Assembly: GCA_947646415.1 (NCBI GenBank)
Contig: CANSGN010000009.1
Span: 18,354-42,353, forward strand
Reading direction: 5' to 3'
Source: an uncultured Clostridia bacterium
GTDB taxonomy: Bacteria; Bacillota; Clostridia; Christensenellales; UBA3700
Length of the DNA stretch: 24,000 nt
Below are positions 14,208-23,253 of the stretch, piece after piece. Under the pieces are notes generated by a model. The model had not been told where the DNA came from and ran no database searches. It saw only the letters and a program-made list of their open reading frames with translations. Each line of letters begins with the position of its first letter. Positions within the stretch are counted from its first letter, which is position 1. The translations under genes and the position numbers were made by a program.

Positions 14208-14612
14208 ATGGACAAGAAGTTGAAATTTGGAAAAGACGATTTAATAGATATAGTAAAAAGCAGTTTGATAGCGGTTGTTTGCTCATTGGTATTGATTTTG
14301 GTATTTGCCATCATTATCAAATTTACGGGTATTGAGGACAATATTATTTTGGTAATCAATATGATTATAAAAAGTTTGAGCATAGTAATCGGAATATTGT
14401 TTGGTATAAAAAATGCCAGATTAGGTGCGGTTAAAGGGCTTTTTAGCGGACTGTTGTTTGTGCTTGTTTCGTACATATTATTTGCAATAATCAATTTGGA
14501 TGCAAAAATCGATTTGATGATGTTGATTGACAGTTTGATAATCTTGGTTGAAAGTTTAATTGCAGGTATTATCGCTGTAAATATTAAAGATAAAAGAGCG
14601 GAAAGAAGATGA
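14208..14612 (+). CDS. Small 4-TM membrane protein (resembles the TIGR04086-type family), translationally coupled to spoIIIAA
   Basis: ATG 14208 with SD GGAGG 14198-14202. The track's TTG 14178 would overlap the promoter. There are four hydrophobic segments with the central motif ..KNARLGAVKGLFSGLLF... Its stop overlaps the spoIIIAA start (ATGA at 14609-14612). Confidence 0.6.
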   Translation: MDKKLKFGKDDLIDIVKSSLIAVVCSLVLILVFAIIIKFTGIEDNIILVINMIIKSLSIVIGILFGIKNARLGAVKGLFSGLLFVLVSYILFAIINLDAKIDLMMLIDSLIILVESLIAGIIAVNIKDKRAERR

Positions 14613-15454
14613 AACCGTCTTTAAAAAGGTTATTCCGAGAGCGTATGTGCGAGTGCTTGGAGAAGTATGAAGAGCTTCGCGAAATTAGGGTAAGGAGCAA
14701 TAAAAATTTAGTAGTTTACACTTTTGGCGGCAGGCATGTTACCGACTACATTGCAACGCAGGAAGATATTGACTATATTTTGAAAATTGCTACCTCCCGT
14801 TCGCTTTATGCGGTGGAAGAAAGCATAAAGTGCGGATACATAAGCTGTGACGGCGGTATAAGAATAGGGGTAAGCGGCGAAGCGGTTTTGGATAACGGTA
14901 AACTGAGGTCAATCAAAAATATTAATAGTTTGGTTATCAGAATTGCAAAGTCAGTGCAAAACTTGCCGACGGAAGTGCTACCTATCATTAATAATTTTGA
15001 TAACACTTTGATTTTATCCCCGCCTTTTTTAGGTAAGACCACCTTGCTTAGGGAAATGACAAGGCGTCTTTCGGATAAAGGTAATGACATTTTAGTCATC
15101 GACGAGCGAAACGAAATTTCCGCAACTGTGGACGGCAAGCAAAATTTGGATTTAGGGGCAAATACGGATGTTATGGTCGGAGTACCTAAAATAGCTTGTT
15201 ATGAGGGGGCAGTAAGGACAATGGCACCGGATATTATCGTAACCGACGAAATTTTTGGCGAAAGGGAAGTAGATTGTTTGGTGGATAGTGTTCGAAGCGG
15301 TGTTAAAGTTATGGCGACAGCTCATGCTTGCAATATAGACAAGTTCCTTTTAAATAAAAGTTATGCACCGCTAAAAGAAATAATGGCAAACTATCTTTTG
15401 CTTGGGGATTCGGTAGGTGCTGTCAAGGAGGTTCGGTATAATTGTTCGGTTTGA
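14609..15454 (+). CDS. spoIIIAA: Stage III sporulation protein AA (ATPase)
   Basis: Walker A SPPFLGKTTLLRE, Walker B-like ILVIDERNE, and DIIVTDEI. It is first in a run of eight genes with the spoIIIA order and sizes. Confidence 0.85.
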   Translation: MKPSLKRLFRERMCECLEKYEELREIRVRSNKNLVVYTFGGRHVTDYIATQEDIDYILKIATSRSLYAVEESIKCGYISCDGGIRIGVSGEAVLDNGKLRSIKNINSLVIRIAKSVQNLPTEVLPIINNFDNTLILSPPFLGKTTLLREMTRRLSDKGNDILVIDERNEISATVDGKQNLDLGANTDVMVGVPKIACYEGAVRTMAPDIIVTDEIFGEREVDCLVDSVRSGVKVMATAHACNIDKFLLNKSYAPLKEIMANYLLLGDSVGAVKEVRYNCSV

Positions 15455-15936
15455 TTTGCGGGGCAGCAATTTGTATTGCCGTATCATTTGTAGGACTTAT
15501 TATAAAAAGAAAATATAAAACAAACGCCGATTTTATGGCAATTTATCTGGATTTTATCGGTTATGTCAAAACGGAAATTGCAAACAACAAAACACCGATT
15601 TTTACTATTATAGATAATTATATATCGCGTGATGTAAATGTATTTACCAAAGTGCTAAAAGTTATAAACGGCAATTTAAAAAAAGACATTGTGGACAACG
15701 AAAATTATCCTAAGGAATGTGCACTCGTAGATAAAAAACGAATACAATGGTTGATTTCGGATATCGTAAGTATTGGAAAATACGACAGCATCACAGAGGT
15801 AAACAAGCTTAAAAGTATAGAGGAAAGGGTAAAAATAGATTGCGATTTGGCGGCGACTAAATATAAAAAGGACGGTGTTATGGCATTCAAATTATCTGTA
15901 CTTATTGGCATTGCCATTATGATAATTTTATGCTGA
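15442..15936 (+). CDS. spoIIIAB: Stage III sporulation protein AB
   Basis: TTG start after AAGGAGG (15425-15431), overlapping the end of spoIIIAA. The protein is 164 aa with N- and C-terminal TM segments flanking a helical soluble domain, and it occupies the second position in the operon. Confidence 0.7.
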   Translation: MFGLICGAAICIAVSFVGLIIKRKYKTNADFMAIYLDFIGYVKTEIANNKTPIFTIIDNYISRDVNVFTKVLKVINGNLKKDIVDNENYPKECALVDKKRIQWLISDIVSIGKYDSITEVNKLKSIEERVKIDCDLAATKYKKDGVMAFKLSVLIGIAIMIILC

Positions 15937-15943
15937 TAAAAGT

Positions 15944-16141
15944 ATGGGGATTGATATAGTTTTTAAAATTGCGGGAGTAGGGCTAATAACTTGGATAATC
16001 AATAGTGTGCTCAAAAAAGCGGACAAGGATGAAATTGCATCTTTTGTTACCATTGCTGGGCTTATTATTGTGCTTTCAATCATTTTGGATATGATAGGTG
16101 GTTTGTATAGCAGTATAAAATCACTTTTGCAGTTATATTAA
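15944..16141 (+). CDS. spoIIIAC: Stage III sporulation protein AC
   Basis: A 65-aa two-TM protein (MGIDIVFKIAGVGLITWIINSVLKKADKDE..), typical of SpoIIIAC in size, sequence and position. Confidence 0.85.
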   Translation: MGIDIVFKIAGVGLITWIINSVLKKADKDEIASFVTIAGLIIVLSIILDMIGGLYSSIKSLLQLY

Positions 16142-16527
16142 TGGATATTTTTAAAATTATAGCAATAGGTTTGATAGGGGCGATAATAGTGGTTATGCTG
16201 AGGGCGATAAAGTCGGATTTGAGTATCATGGCGACTCTTGCTACAGGCATAGTTATTGTAATAATAACGCTTACATATATAAGCGATGTCATCGTTGCCT
16301 TTAATCAAATAGTGGACAAGACCGGTTTGAACAGCAAACTTTTTGCATCCCTGTTAAAGATTGTCGGTATAGGTTATCTTACCGAATATTCAAGTGGAAT
16401 GTGCGAAGATATGGGCAGTCCAAGCCTTGGCAAAAAAATTCAGTTTAGCGGTAAGATAGCAATATTTTTGATGGCTATCCCTGTGGTTACCGCGCTTATA
16501 AATACAGTAGCAAATTTGTTAAAATGA
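16141..16527 (+). CDS. spoIIIAD: Stage III sporulation protein AD
   Basis: A 128-aa polytopic protein (MDIFKIIAIGLIGAIIVVMLR...KIVGIGYLTEYSSGMCEDMG). Its start overlaps the spoIIIAC stop (TAATG). Confidence 0.85.
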   Translation: MDIFKIIAIGLIGAIIVVMLRAIKSDLSIMATLATGIVIVIITLTYISDVIVAFNQIVDKTGLNSKLFASLLKIVGIGYLTEYSSGMCEDMGSPSLGKKIQFSGKIAIFLMAIPVVTALINTVANLLK

Positions 16528-16534
16528 GGTAAGT

Positions 16535-17749
16535 ATGCGTCAAAAATCGGTATTAAATCGTAAAATTTTGATTTTTTTATTAATAACTTTGATATTGGTT
16601 TTAACGCTTTGTATATTGCCGCTAATGTCTACAAATGTAAGTGCAACCACTAAAGCAGAGGAAGAAATAAAAGAAGAATTGGAAAAAAATGTGGACGAAA
16701 ACCTGAATGATATTGACTTTTCCGAGCTTGTGGATTTTGAAAACAAGTTGGGAGGCAATGTTTACGAGGGCGGAGTAACTCAGCTTATCAAAGACATATT
16801 GTCGGGGGAGTATTCCGGTGGATTTGCCGATACGTTTAATATGCTTATAAATATGCTTGGAACTTCCGTAAAAGGGTTTATCCCATTGCTTGTGACATTG
16901 ATTGCAGTAAGCATAATTTTTAGTATTGTAAACGGTTTGACATCGGGCTTTATGTCCAAGTCTACAACGGAGATTATTCACTTTGTGTGTTACTCAGCAA
17001 TAATCGTTTTGCTTATGACGGAAGTTACTTTTTTGATAAGCGACAGTGTCAAAGCCATACAAAATATGGCAAAGTTTATGGAAATTATTTTCCCTATTAT
17101 GTTAACTTTGGTAACGGCTCTTGGAGGGATTGCGACTACAGCGACCTACAGCCCTATGATGACAGTGCTTTCCGTAGGTGTAACCAAAATTATAAGTAAT
17201 GTAGTTTTGCCGTGCTTTATTGCGACTATGGCTTTATCGATAGTCGGCTTTATTTCAAAGGACATAAAATTAAACAAACTGACAAAGTTTTTTAAAAGTG
17301 CGGGAGAAGTAATAATCGGGGTAGTTTTTGGACTATTTACAACATTTATTACGACAAACGGGATAAGCGGTGCTATTACGGATAATATCTCAATAAAGTC
17401 TGCAAAGTTCGCAATATCTAGCTATGTACCCGTGCTAGGCGGATATTTGAGTGACGGGTTGGATTTGGCTGTCGCAAGTGTAATGCTTGTTAAAAATGCA
17501 GTAGGTGTCGGTGGAGTTATATTGATGCTTTCTATTATACTATCCCCGGTTATTAAAATATTGGTTTTTTCGCTAGGCTTAAAATTGGTGGCAGGTATTA
17601 TAGAGCCTATCGGCAATAAGCGTATGAGTGAAATTGTTTATGCAATCAGCAAAAATTTAACTCTGCTTGTCATTGCTATGCTTGGTATGGCTTTTATGTT
17701 TTTTATAATGATGATTTTGATATTGCTTACCTGCAATGCGGGGATATAA
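16535..17749 (+). CDS. spoIIIAE: Stage III sporulation protein AE
   Basis: A 404-aa protein with a signal/TM segment, an acidic N-terminal region, then multiple TM segments. It is the largest membrane component and sits at the expected position. SD GAGGT. Confidence 0.88.
   Translation: MRQKSVLNRKILIFLLITLILVLTLCILPLMSTNVSATTKAEEEIKEELEKNVDENLNDIDFSELVDFENKLGGNVYEGGVTQLIKDILSGEYSGGFADTFNMLINMLGTSVKGFIPLLVTLIAVSIIFSIVNGLTSGFMSKSTTEIIHFVCYSAIIVLLMTEVTFLISDSVKAIQNMAKFMEIIFPIMLTLVTALGGIATTATYSPMMTVLSVGVTKIISNVVLPCFIATMALSIVGFISKDIKLNKLTKFFKSAGEVIIGVVFGLFTTFITTNGISGAITDNISIKSAKFAISSYVPVLGGYLSDGLDLAVASVMLVKNAVGVGGVILMLSIILSPVIKILVFSLGLKLVAGIIEPIGNKRMSEIVYAISKNLTLLVIAMLGMAFMFFIMMILILLTCNAGI
16540..16557 (+). 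repeat. Copy of the dispersed word tCAAAAATCGGTATTAAA, in the first codons of spoIIIAE
   Basis: Exact 18-mer shared with 5993-6010. Confidence 0.6.
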
Positions 17750-17852
17750 TTACTGCTAAAAAGCTTGTATCGATAATTAAAATAAAAAATAATTTTACGG
17801 TTATAAATGCTTTATGTTTATAGTAAAAATTATTGATTTGACGGAGAGATAA

Positions 17853-18302
17853 ATGAATGCTTGGTTACTTTCAATCGTAGGGGTAGTGTCCTTGGGAGTA
17901 CTGCTTGAAATATTGCTTGCGGATGGCGAAACTTCCAAATACATAAAAGGGGTGTTTGCTTTGGCAGTTGTGTTGGTACTTGTTGCACCGATACCCAAAT
18001 TTTTGAATAAAAATTTTGACATAAACGAATTTTTTGGGGATGAAATAGTTGCTCAATCTACATTTTTGCAGAGTGTAAACGAAAGACGCAATACAGAAAG
18101 AGAAAATAAAGTTTTATCCGAACTGAAAAAATCTAATATTTTAGCCGAAAAGGTGCGTGTTTATTATCTTCGCGGAGATTTAGACTATATCGATGTTGTA
18201 AAAGTTTACTTAAAAGCAGATTATGACAATGATAAAATTTTGGATATAGTATCGCAAAAGGTCGGTTGTGACAAAAGTAAAATAAAAATATATTCTTCTT
18301 GA
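17853..18302 (+). CDS. spoIIIAF: Stage III sporulation protein AF
   Basis: SD GGAGAG. The N-terminus MNAWLLSIVGVVSLGVLLEILL..GE.SKYIKGVFALAVVLVLVAPI has two TM segments, followed by a small soluble domain. It is sixth in the operon. Confidence 0.72.
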   Translation: MNAWLLSIVGVVSLGVLLEILLADGETSKYIKGVFALAVVLVLVAPIPKFLNKNFDINEFFGDEIVAQSTFLQSVNERRNTERENKVLSELKKSNILAEKVRVYYLRGDLDYIDVVKVYLKADYDNDKILDIVSQKVGCDKSKIKIYSS

Positions 18303-18354
18303 TATTAATTTGTTTAGATAATTAATAATATAAATAAATTTTTGGGGGCATTGT

Positions 18355-18906
18355 ATGGAAAACAATAATATTATTGATAACCGCGGTAAAAACAGCGGCA
18401 GCAAAAGCGATAAATTGAACAAATTGATAAAAAATAAAAAATTTCAAATTATTTTTGCAGTTGTTGTTCTATTTGTTGTAATCGTTGCATACTTTAGTTA
18501 TGTAAATGTGAAAGACAAGGACAAGCAAGTAACGCTAAGTGACGGCACGGAATTAACTTCACAAATTCAAAAAGTATTGAGCAAAATAAAGGGGGTAGGT
18601 GATGTAAACGTTTTGATAGTGTATGACGGTGGCGAGCAACTTGAAATTGCTTCAAAAGTAGATAAAAGGACAGACAGAGTGGAAGACGACGGAAGAGTGA
18701 CCGAAATAATCGAAGAAACAATAACACCTATCCTTACAAACGGCAACGAGCCATTGGTTATAGGCACGAAAAGGGCTAAAATCGACGGCGTTGTAGTAGT
18801 GGCAAAAGGTGGAGATGACCCTAAGGTTAGAGTAGCTATTATGCAAGCCTTAGCGACTTTATTAAAAATTGAATATAATTGCATAAATGTATTTAGTATG
18901 GAATAA
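18355..18906 (+). CDS. spoIIIAG: Stage III sporulation protein AG
   Basis: One TM, then the C-terminal ring-forming domain ..VNVLIVYDGGEQLEIA....PLVIGTKRAKIDGVVVVAKGGDDPKVRVAIMQALATLL.., as in SpoIIIAG. Confidence 0.85.
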   Translation: MENNNIIDNRGKNSGSKSDKLNKLIKNKKFQIIFAVVVLFVVIVAYFSYVNVKDKDKQVTLSDGTELTSQIQKVLSKIKGVGDVNVLIVYDGGEQLEIASKVDKRTDRVEDDGRVTEIIEETITPILTNGNEPLVIGTKRAKIDGVVVVAKGGDDPKVRVAIMQALATLLKIEYNCINVFSME

Positions 18907-18931
18907 AATATATTAGAAATCGGAGGTAGTT

Positions 18932-19432
18932 ATGAAAATTAAATTGACAGAAAACAGAAAGAAAATCCTTGTACTTAGTTGTATGGTAGTGCTATTGGTT
19001 GTAGCAGGCACATTGAGCATTGTATTGAACTTAAATGCCGGTAAAACTCCGGATAACAGTTTGGACGGAACTCAAAGCACTTTCTTCAGTGAGCTTCAAA
19101 GCGACAAAGAACTTAGAAAAAATGAGCAAATTGCTTTATTGGATGCAATTATCAATAATGATAATTCTACTAAGGAAGCTATCGCAAATGCAGAGGCAGA
19201 GAAACTTGCAATCGTTGCAAATATCAAAACTGAAATGGCTTTAGAGTCTATGATTAAATCTAAAGGTTTCCAAAATGTTGCAGTTATGATTGGAAATGAA
19301 AAGATTAACGTGTTTGTTGACAAAGCAGAGCTTTTGGACGAAGAGACAGCAACAATTTGCTCTTTGATTATGGAACAAACAAAGTTCACAATCGCTGACA
19401 TCATTATCAATCCTACAGTTCAATCTAACTGA
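18932..19432 (+). CDS. spoIIIAH: Stage III sporulation protein AH
   Basis: SD GGAGG. One N-terminal TM, then a C-terminal YscJ/FliF-like region ..EMALESMIKSKGFQNVAVMIGNEKINVFV....ETATICSLIMEQT... It is the last gene of the operon and a terminator follows. Confidence 0.8.
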   Translation: MKIKLTENRKKILVLSCMVVLLVVAGTLSIVLNLNAGKTPDNSLDGTQSTFFSELQSDKELRKNEQIALLDAIINNDNSTKEAIANAEAEKLAIVANIKTEMALESMIKSKGFQNVAVMIGNEKINVFVDKAELLDEETATICSLIMEQTKFTIADIIINPTVQSN

Positions 19433-19451
19433 AATTAGCTAAAATAAATTA

Positions 19452-19486
19452 AAGCGGCACTAAGGTGTCGCTTATTTAATTTTTTG
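19452..19486 (+). terminator. Rho-independent terminator of the spoIIIA operon
   Basis: aagcggcac (19452-19460) / taag / gtgtcgctt (19465-19473), with one G-T pair, followed by atttaatttttt. Confidence 0.7.
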
Positions 19487-19634
19487 GCTTTAACCCCGAT
19501 TTTTGTCGGTTTTTTGTTGTTTTTGTGTTTTGATTTTTTACATACAAAAAATATTTCGTATTTGGTATTGTGTTTTGTTTGTAAATATAGTACAATTAAC
19601 ATGTAGATAAAAATGTATAAAATTTAGGTAAATT

Positions 19635-22265
19635 ATGATTAAGTTGGAAAAAGTAAGTAAAGTATATGAGAACAGCACAGTCGCATTGAGCGACATTAGT
19701 TTACAGTTGCCAAAAAAAGGTATGGTCGCAATTATCGGGACTAGCGGCTCAGGTAAATCTACGCTGTTAAATTTGCTATCCGATAACGATTTTCCGACAG
19801 ACGGAAAGATTACTTACTTGGACAAAACTTATAACGAAATTGGCAAAGATCAGTTGATATCACAATTTGGATATATCTATCAAGATTTTAAGTTGATTGA
19901 CAATTTGACCGCATATCAAAATATTATGATAGGGCACGAATTGAAAGAAAGTAATATAGATTATGATTTTGTTATAAACATTGCAGCCGAGCTTGGCATA
20001 AAAGATATTTTGGATGAAAAAGTATATTCATTATCTGGCGGTCAAATGCAAAGAGTTGCCATTGCAAGGGCGATTGTAAGAAACCCTAAAGTTATTTTTG
20101 CAGACGAGCCGACAGGGAATTTGGATAATTCAAATTCGGTAAATGTATACAATATATTGCGAAAACTTGCCAAAGACAAATTGGTAGTTATAGTCACTCA
20201 TGACAGCAAAATTGCGACTTGGGCAGATAGAGTAATAACTTTGTCGGACGGACAGATTGTATCCAACATTGCAGGCAAATCGGTTGATTATGTGGATGTC
20301 GAAAGCAACAGTAACACAGCGGAAGAGGAAGATATACAAGAAATTTTGCAAATGCAAAAGTCTGTAAAAAGCAAAAAAACCAGCAAGATTTTTTCATTCT
20401 CAAATAAACCCAAAAGTCTTAGGAAAAAAGCGGGATTATCACCTGTTTCATCTTTAGGACTTAGCTTGTCGCTTTTAAACAAAGATATTGTAAAAAAAGT
20501 TTTTTTGATAATCGTTACCGTTATTTTAATCTCCTTAATGACGGTATCTGCGGCAATGGCTTTTGCAAATGTTGAAAAAACAATGGCGAATGCTATAAAT
20601 AGTGCAAATGGCGATAAAAAGATATTTACGGTCAGCCCCGTAATCGAAAAACCTAACTATTTTATTTCCTACAAAGATATGCAAAAGTTTGACGAGATTT
20701 TAATAGACAACAAACTTGATTTTTACGAGATTGCAACAGGGGAAGTCATTGCAAATAGTTGGGATAAAATGTATGCTAATAACAGCAATGCAAAGCAGGT
20801 AGCGTATTTTGCGCCATTGGATATAAGCGATATGCAAAATGCAATTTTTACGGATTATCCTAAAGAAGTCGGGATAGATATAATTTTAGGAAATTCCCCG
20901 AAAAAGACAAACGAAATTGCAATTTCCAAAACTTATTACGAATATTTGTTGCATTATAAGTATTTTGCTTTTGATAGTGACGGCTATACTTACGACATAA
21001 TTTTTACAAAGGATAATTTGATAAAAAATCAAAATATTAAAGACATTTTTGGGGTTGAAATATGCGGTGTATTTGAAGATAATAACGGGTTAGACGCAAA
21101 TTTAAAGGAAAAAGAATTTTCCAGCCTTACCGAAAGCGAACAAGAAAACTTGGTAAAATTAGTTGAGCAAGAGTATTCAACTAATCCGCTGATAAATTTG
21201 ATTGTAAAATGCGAGAGTGCAAAAAATGATTGGAGACAATTTGCGGGTGTAGGCTCAAACGTAAAAATGACGCTAGAAAATTGTTATGGGGTAAATAACA
21301 GCGATTATTATTTTGATTTTGCTCCGCTAGCGGATAGTACTATCAATTACTTTGGCATGGGGTATGAAGTTTCGTCGTATAATTTAGCGGATAATCAAAT
21401 TGTGGTTGATAGAGCGACTTTGCAAAAAATAAATACATTTTTGCAAAGCAGAGATAAGGATAATTTTACGGAGATTACGGAGAGTAGCACTTTTGCTATG
21501 TGCATTGTAGGTATGGCTACAATGGGTAATGACATGTATTTCCCCGAAGTTGAGTATGTGAACAGAAAATTTACCATAGCAGGAGTAGTGGAGAGTTTGG
21601 GGGACAGTGAGGGGCTTATCGTTATGAACGAAAAGACTTTTAACGAAATCAAAACAATTCCTAAATTTTCGGGTGTAAGAATGGTCAGCGGAGAACATAT
21701 TTCGGCAAGCAGTCTTAAAAAATTGAATAAAGGCTTTGCAAAATATGTACAGAGTTTGTTTGATAGTTACACTAATTGTACGGTTTCATATCAAATTAAA
21801 AATTGTCCTATGAAACAATCAAACGACTACGGAATTATTTATATTTGCCAGCAATATTTGTGCATACCGCTTTTGCTAGCAACTATTGCTATGACAATAG
21901 GCATAATTGTTATATTTTATTTTGATTTTATAAAAGCAAAAGCAAAAGATTTGTTGATATTAAAATCTTTGGGTGCAAAAACTTATGACTTTTTGAGTAT
22001 TTATTTGATATTTTGTGTGGCACTAACAATCATTCAGATGTTGTTCGGGTTATTGTTTGGCAATTTGTTTATAGGTTTGATTAATGGCTTTGTATCATCT
22101 TTAAGCGGTTATGTAAGTACTTTTTCGGTATTCTATTTGGATGCGTTTTCTTGGGTATTTACAATTTTTAGCGTGATTGCCGTAAATGTAATAAGCCTTA
22201 CTATAAGTTTGGCAGGGATAAGTAATAAAAATCTGCGAAAAGCTTTTCAAAAATTAAAAAAATAA
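19635..22265 (+). CDS. Fused ABC transporter: N-terminal ATPase plus MacB/FtsX-type 4-TM permease with a very large extracytoplasmic domain
   Basis: Walker A GTSGSGKSTL, signature LSGGQMQRVAIARA, Walker B VIFADEPTGNLD and H-loop VTHD lie in aa 1-215. TM1 is around aa 290-315, a non-hydrophobic domain of about 420 aa follows (aa ~316-738), and three C-terminal TMs carry an FtsX-type segment (LLILKSLGAKTYDF..). Confidence 0.85.
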   Translation: MIKLEKVSKVYENSTVALSDISLQLPKKGMVAIIGTSGSGKSTLLNLLSDNDFPTDGKITYLDKTYNEIGKDQLISQFGYIYQDFKLIDNLTAYQNIMIGHELKESNIDYDFVINIAAELGIKDILDEKVYSLSGGQMQRVAIARAIVRNPKVIFADEPTGNLDNSNSVNVYNILRKLAKDKLVVIVTHDSKIATWADRVITLSDGQIVSNIAGKSVDYVDVESNSNTAEEEDIQEILQMQKSVKSKKTSKIFSFSNKPKSLRKKAGLSPVSSLGLSLSLLNKDIVKKVFLIIVTVILISLMTVSAAMAFANVEKTMANAINSANGDKKIFTVSPVIEKPNYFISYKDMQKFDEILIDNKLDFYEIATGEVIANSWDKMYANNSNAKQVAYFAPLDISDMQNAIFTDYPKEVGIDIILGNSPKKTNEIAISKTYYEYLLHYKYFAFDSDGYTYDIIFTKDNLIKNQNIKDIFGVEICGVFEDNNGLDANLKEKEFSSLTESEQENLVKLVEQEYSTNPLINLIVKCESAKNDWRQFAGVGSNVKMTLENCYGVNNSDYYFDFAPLADSTINYFGMGYEVSSYNLADNQIVVDRATLQKINTFLQSRDKDNFTEITESSTFAMCIVGMATMGNDMYFPEVEYVNRKFTIAGVVESLGDSEGLIVMNEKTFNEIKTIPKFSGVRMVSGEHISASSLKKLNKGFAKYVQSLFDSYTNCTVSYQIKNCPMKQSNDYGIIYICQQYLCIPLLLATIAMTIGIIVIFYFDFIKAKAKDLLILKSLGAKTYDFLSIYLIFCVALTIIQMLFGLLFGNLFIGLINGFVSSLSGYVSTFSVFYLDAFSWVFTIFSVIAVNVISLTISLAGISNKNLRKAFQKLKK

Positions 22266-22273
22266 CTAAAAGT

Positions 22274-22301
22274 AAAAAAACTCCCGAGAGGGAGTTTTTT
22301 T
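22274..22301. terminator. Rho-independent terminator (bidirectional shape) after the ABC gene
   Basis: aaaaaaa-ctccc-gaga-gggag-ttttttt: a 5-bp GC stem extended by A/T pairs, with an A-tract 5' and a T-tract 3'. Confidence 0.8.
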
Positions 22302-22411
22302 AATATTAAAACAGTAAATTAGAAGTTTTTCCTTTTTTGTTTGAAATTGTAGCAAAATTGTGCATAATTTTTGTATAAATTTATAAAATATATAAAATTA
22401 TAAATTAAATC

Positions 22412-22440
22412 TTGATTTTATAATATTTTTATGCTAAAAT
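22412..22440 (+). promoter_or_regulatory. Sigma-A-type promoter for asp23-nusB-folD
   Basis: TTGATT (22412-22417), 17-nt spacer, TAAAAT (22435-22440), about 40 nt upstream of the asp23-like start. Confidence 0.5.
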
Positions 22441-22480
22441 ATATTCGTATAATTATAAATAAATTATTAAAAGGAGCGTT

Positions 22481-22813
22481 ATGGATAATACACTTAATCA
22501 AAATACTTATATAAGTCTAATAGGCTCAATTATTTCGGCTGCCGCATCCAAAGCAAAAGGCGTTGCATCTATCAGTACCGAAAGTGGAATAACAAATAAA
22601 TTTACGTCCAAAAACGGTTTTGACGGTATGGAAATCGTTATAACTCATTCTAATTTGGTGGTAATATCATTGTCTATCAATGCATATTACGGTTATCCGT
22701 TGCCGGAAATCGTAAGTGAATTGCAAAATGCAATTAAACAAGGTGTAGAGGAACAAACAAACTTTAAAGTAAAAGCTATCAACGTAAACGTTGTTGGCGT
22801 TGTTTTTGTTTAA
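22481..22813 (+). CDS. Asp23/Gls24 family (alkaline shock protein-like; YqhY-position) protein
   Basis: SD AAGGAG. The 110-aa translation ..IISAAASKAKGVASIST......GMEIVI......ISLSINAYYGYPLPEIVSELQNAIKQGVEEQTNFKVKAINVNVVGV fits the Asp23 family. It lies directly upstream of nusB, as yqhY does in B. subtilis. Confidence 0.8.
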   Translation: MDNTLNQNTYISLIGSIISAAASKAKGVASISTESGITNKFTSKNGFDGMEIVITHSNLVVISLSINAYYGYPLPEIVSELQNAIKQGVEEQTNFKVKAINVNVVGVVFV

Positions 22814-22845
22814 TAAATACGCAAGAAGATAAAAGGAATTTAGTA

Positions 22846-23253
22846 ATGAATAGGAAAAAAGCAAGAGAATACGCTTATCAAATGATTTTTAGTTATCTTT
22901 TTAACAACGAAAAAGATGAGTATATATTGGAAAAATGCAATGCGGACAAAGATTTGTCAAATGAAGATGTTGAGTATATAAATTTGACTTTCAACAATGC
23001 AACCGCAAATTTGGACGAGATTAAAAGCTGCATACAACAGTATGCAATAGGTTATCAGTTGGACAGAATTTATAAGCCTGACTTGGCTGTGTTGATTTTG
23101 GCCATTGCGGAAATGAAGTATAATGACGAAGTTCCTGACAGCGTTGCTATCAGCGAAGCAGTTTGCATTATAAAAAAATATTCTACTGCAAAAAGTGGTC
23201 CGTTTGTCAACGGAATTTTGGCAAGCGTGTATAAGGAGCTAAATAAACAATGA
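22846..23253 (+). CDS. nusB: Transcription antitermination factor NusB
   Basis: MNRKKAREYAYQMIFSY.. and ..LDRIYKPDLAVLILAIAEMKY.DEVPDSVAISEAV.IIKKYS....GPFVNGILASV are NusB hallmarks. The length of 135 aa fits. Confidence 0.9.
   Translation: MNRKKAREYAYQMIFSYLFNNEKDEYILEKCNADKDLSNEDVEYINLTFNNATANLDEIKSCIQQYAIGYQLDRIYKPDLAVLILAIAEMKYNDEVPDSVAISEAVCIIKKYSTAKSGPFVNGILASVYKELNKQ

Noticed and set aside
19495-19550. A run of T-tracts (tttttgtcgg ttttttgttg tttttgtg ttttga tttttta) upstream of the ABC gene, considered as phased bent DNA or an UP element.
   Set aside because: The spacing shortens from about 10 to about 7 nt rather than keeping helical phase, and I could not pair it with a convincing -35/-10. 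It is probably just the T-rich tail of the terminator region.
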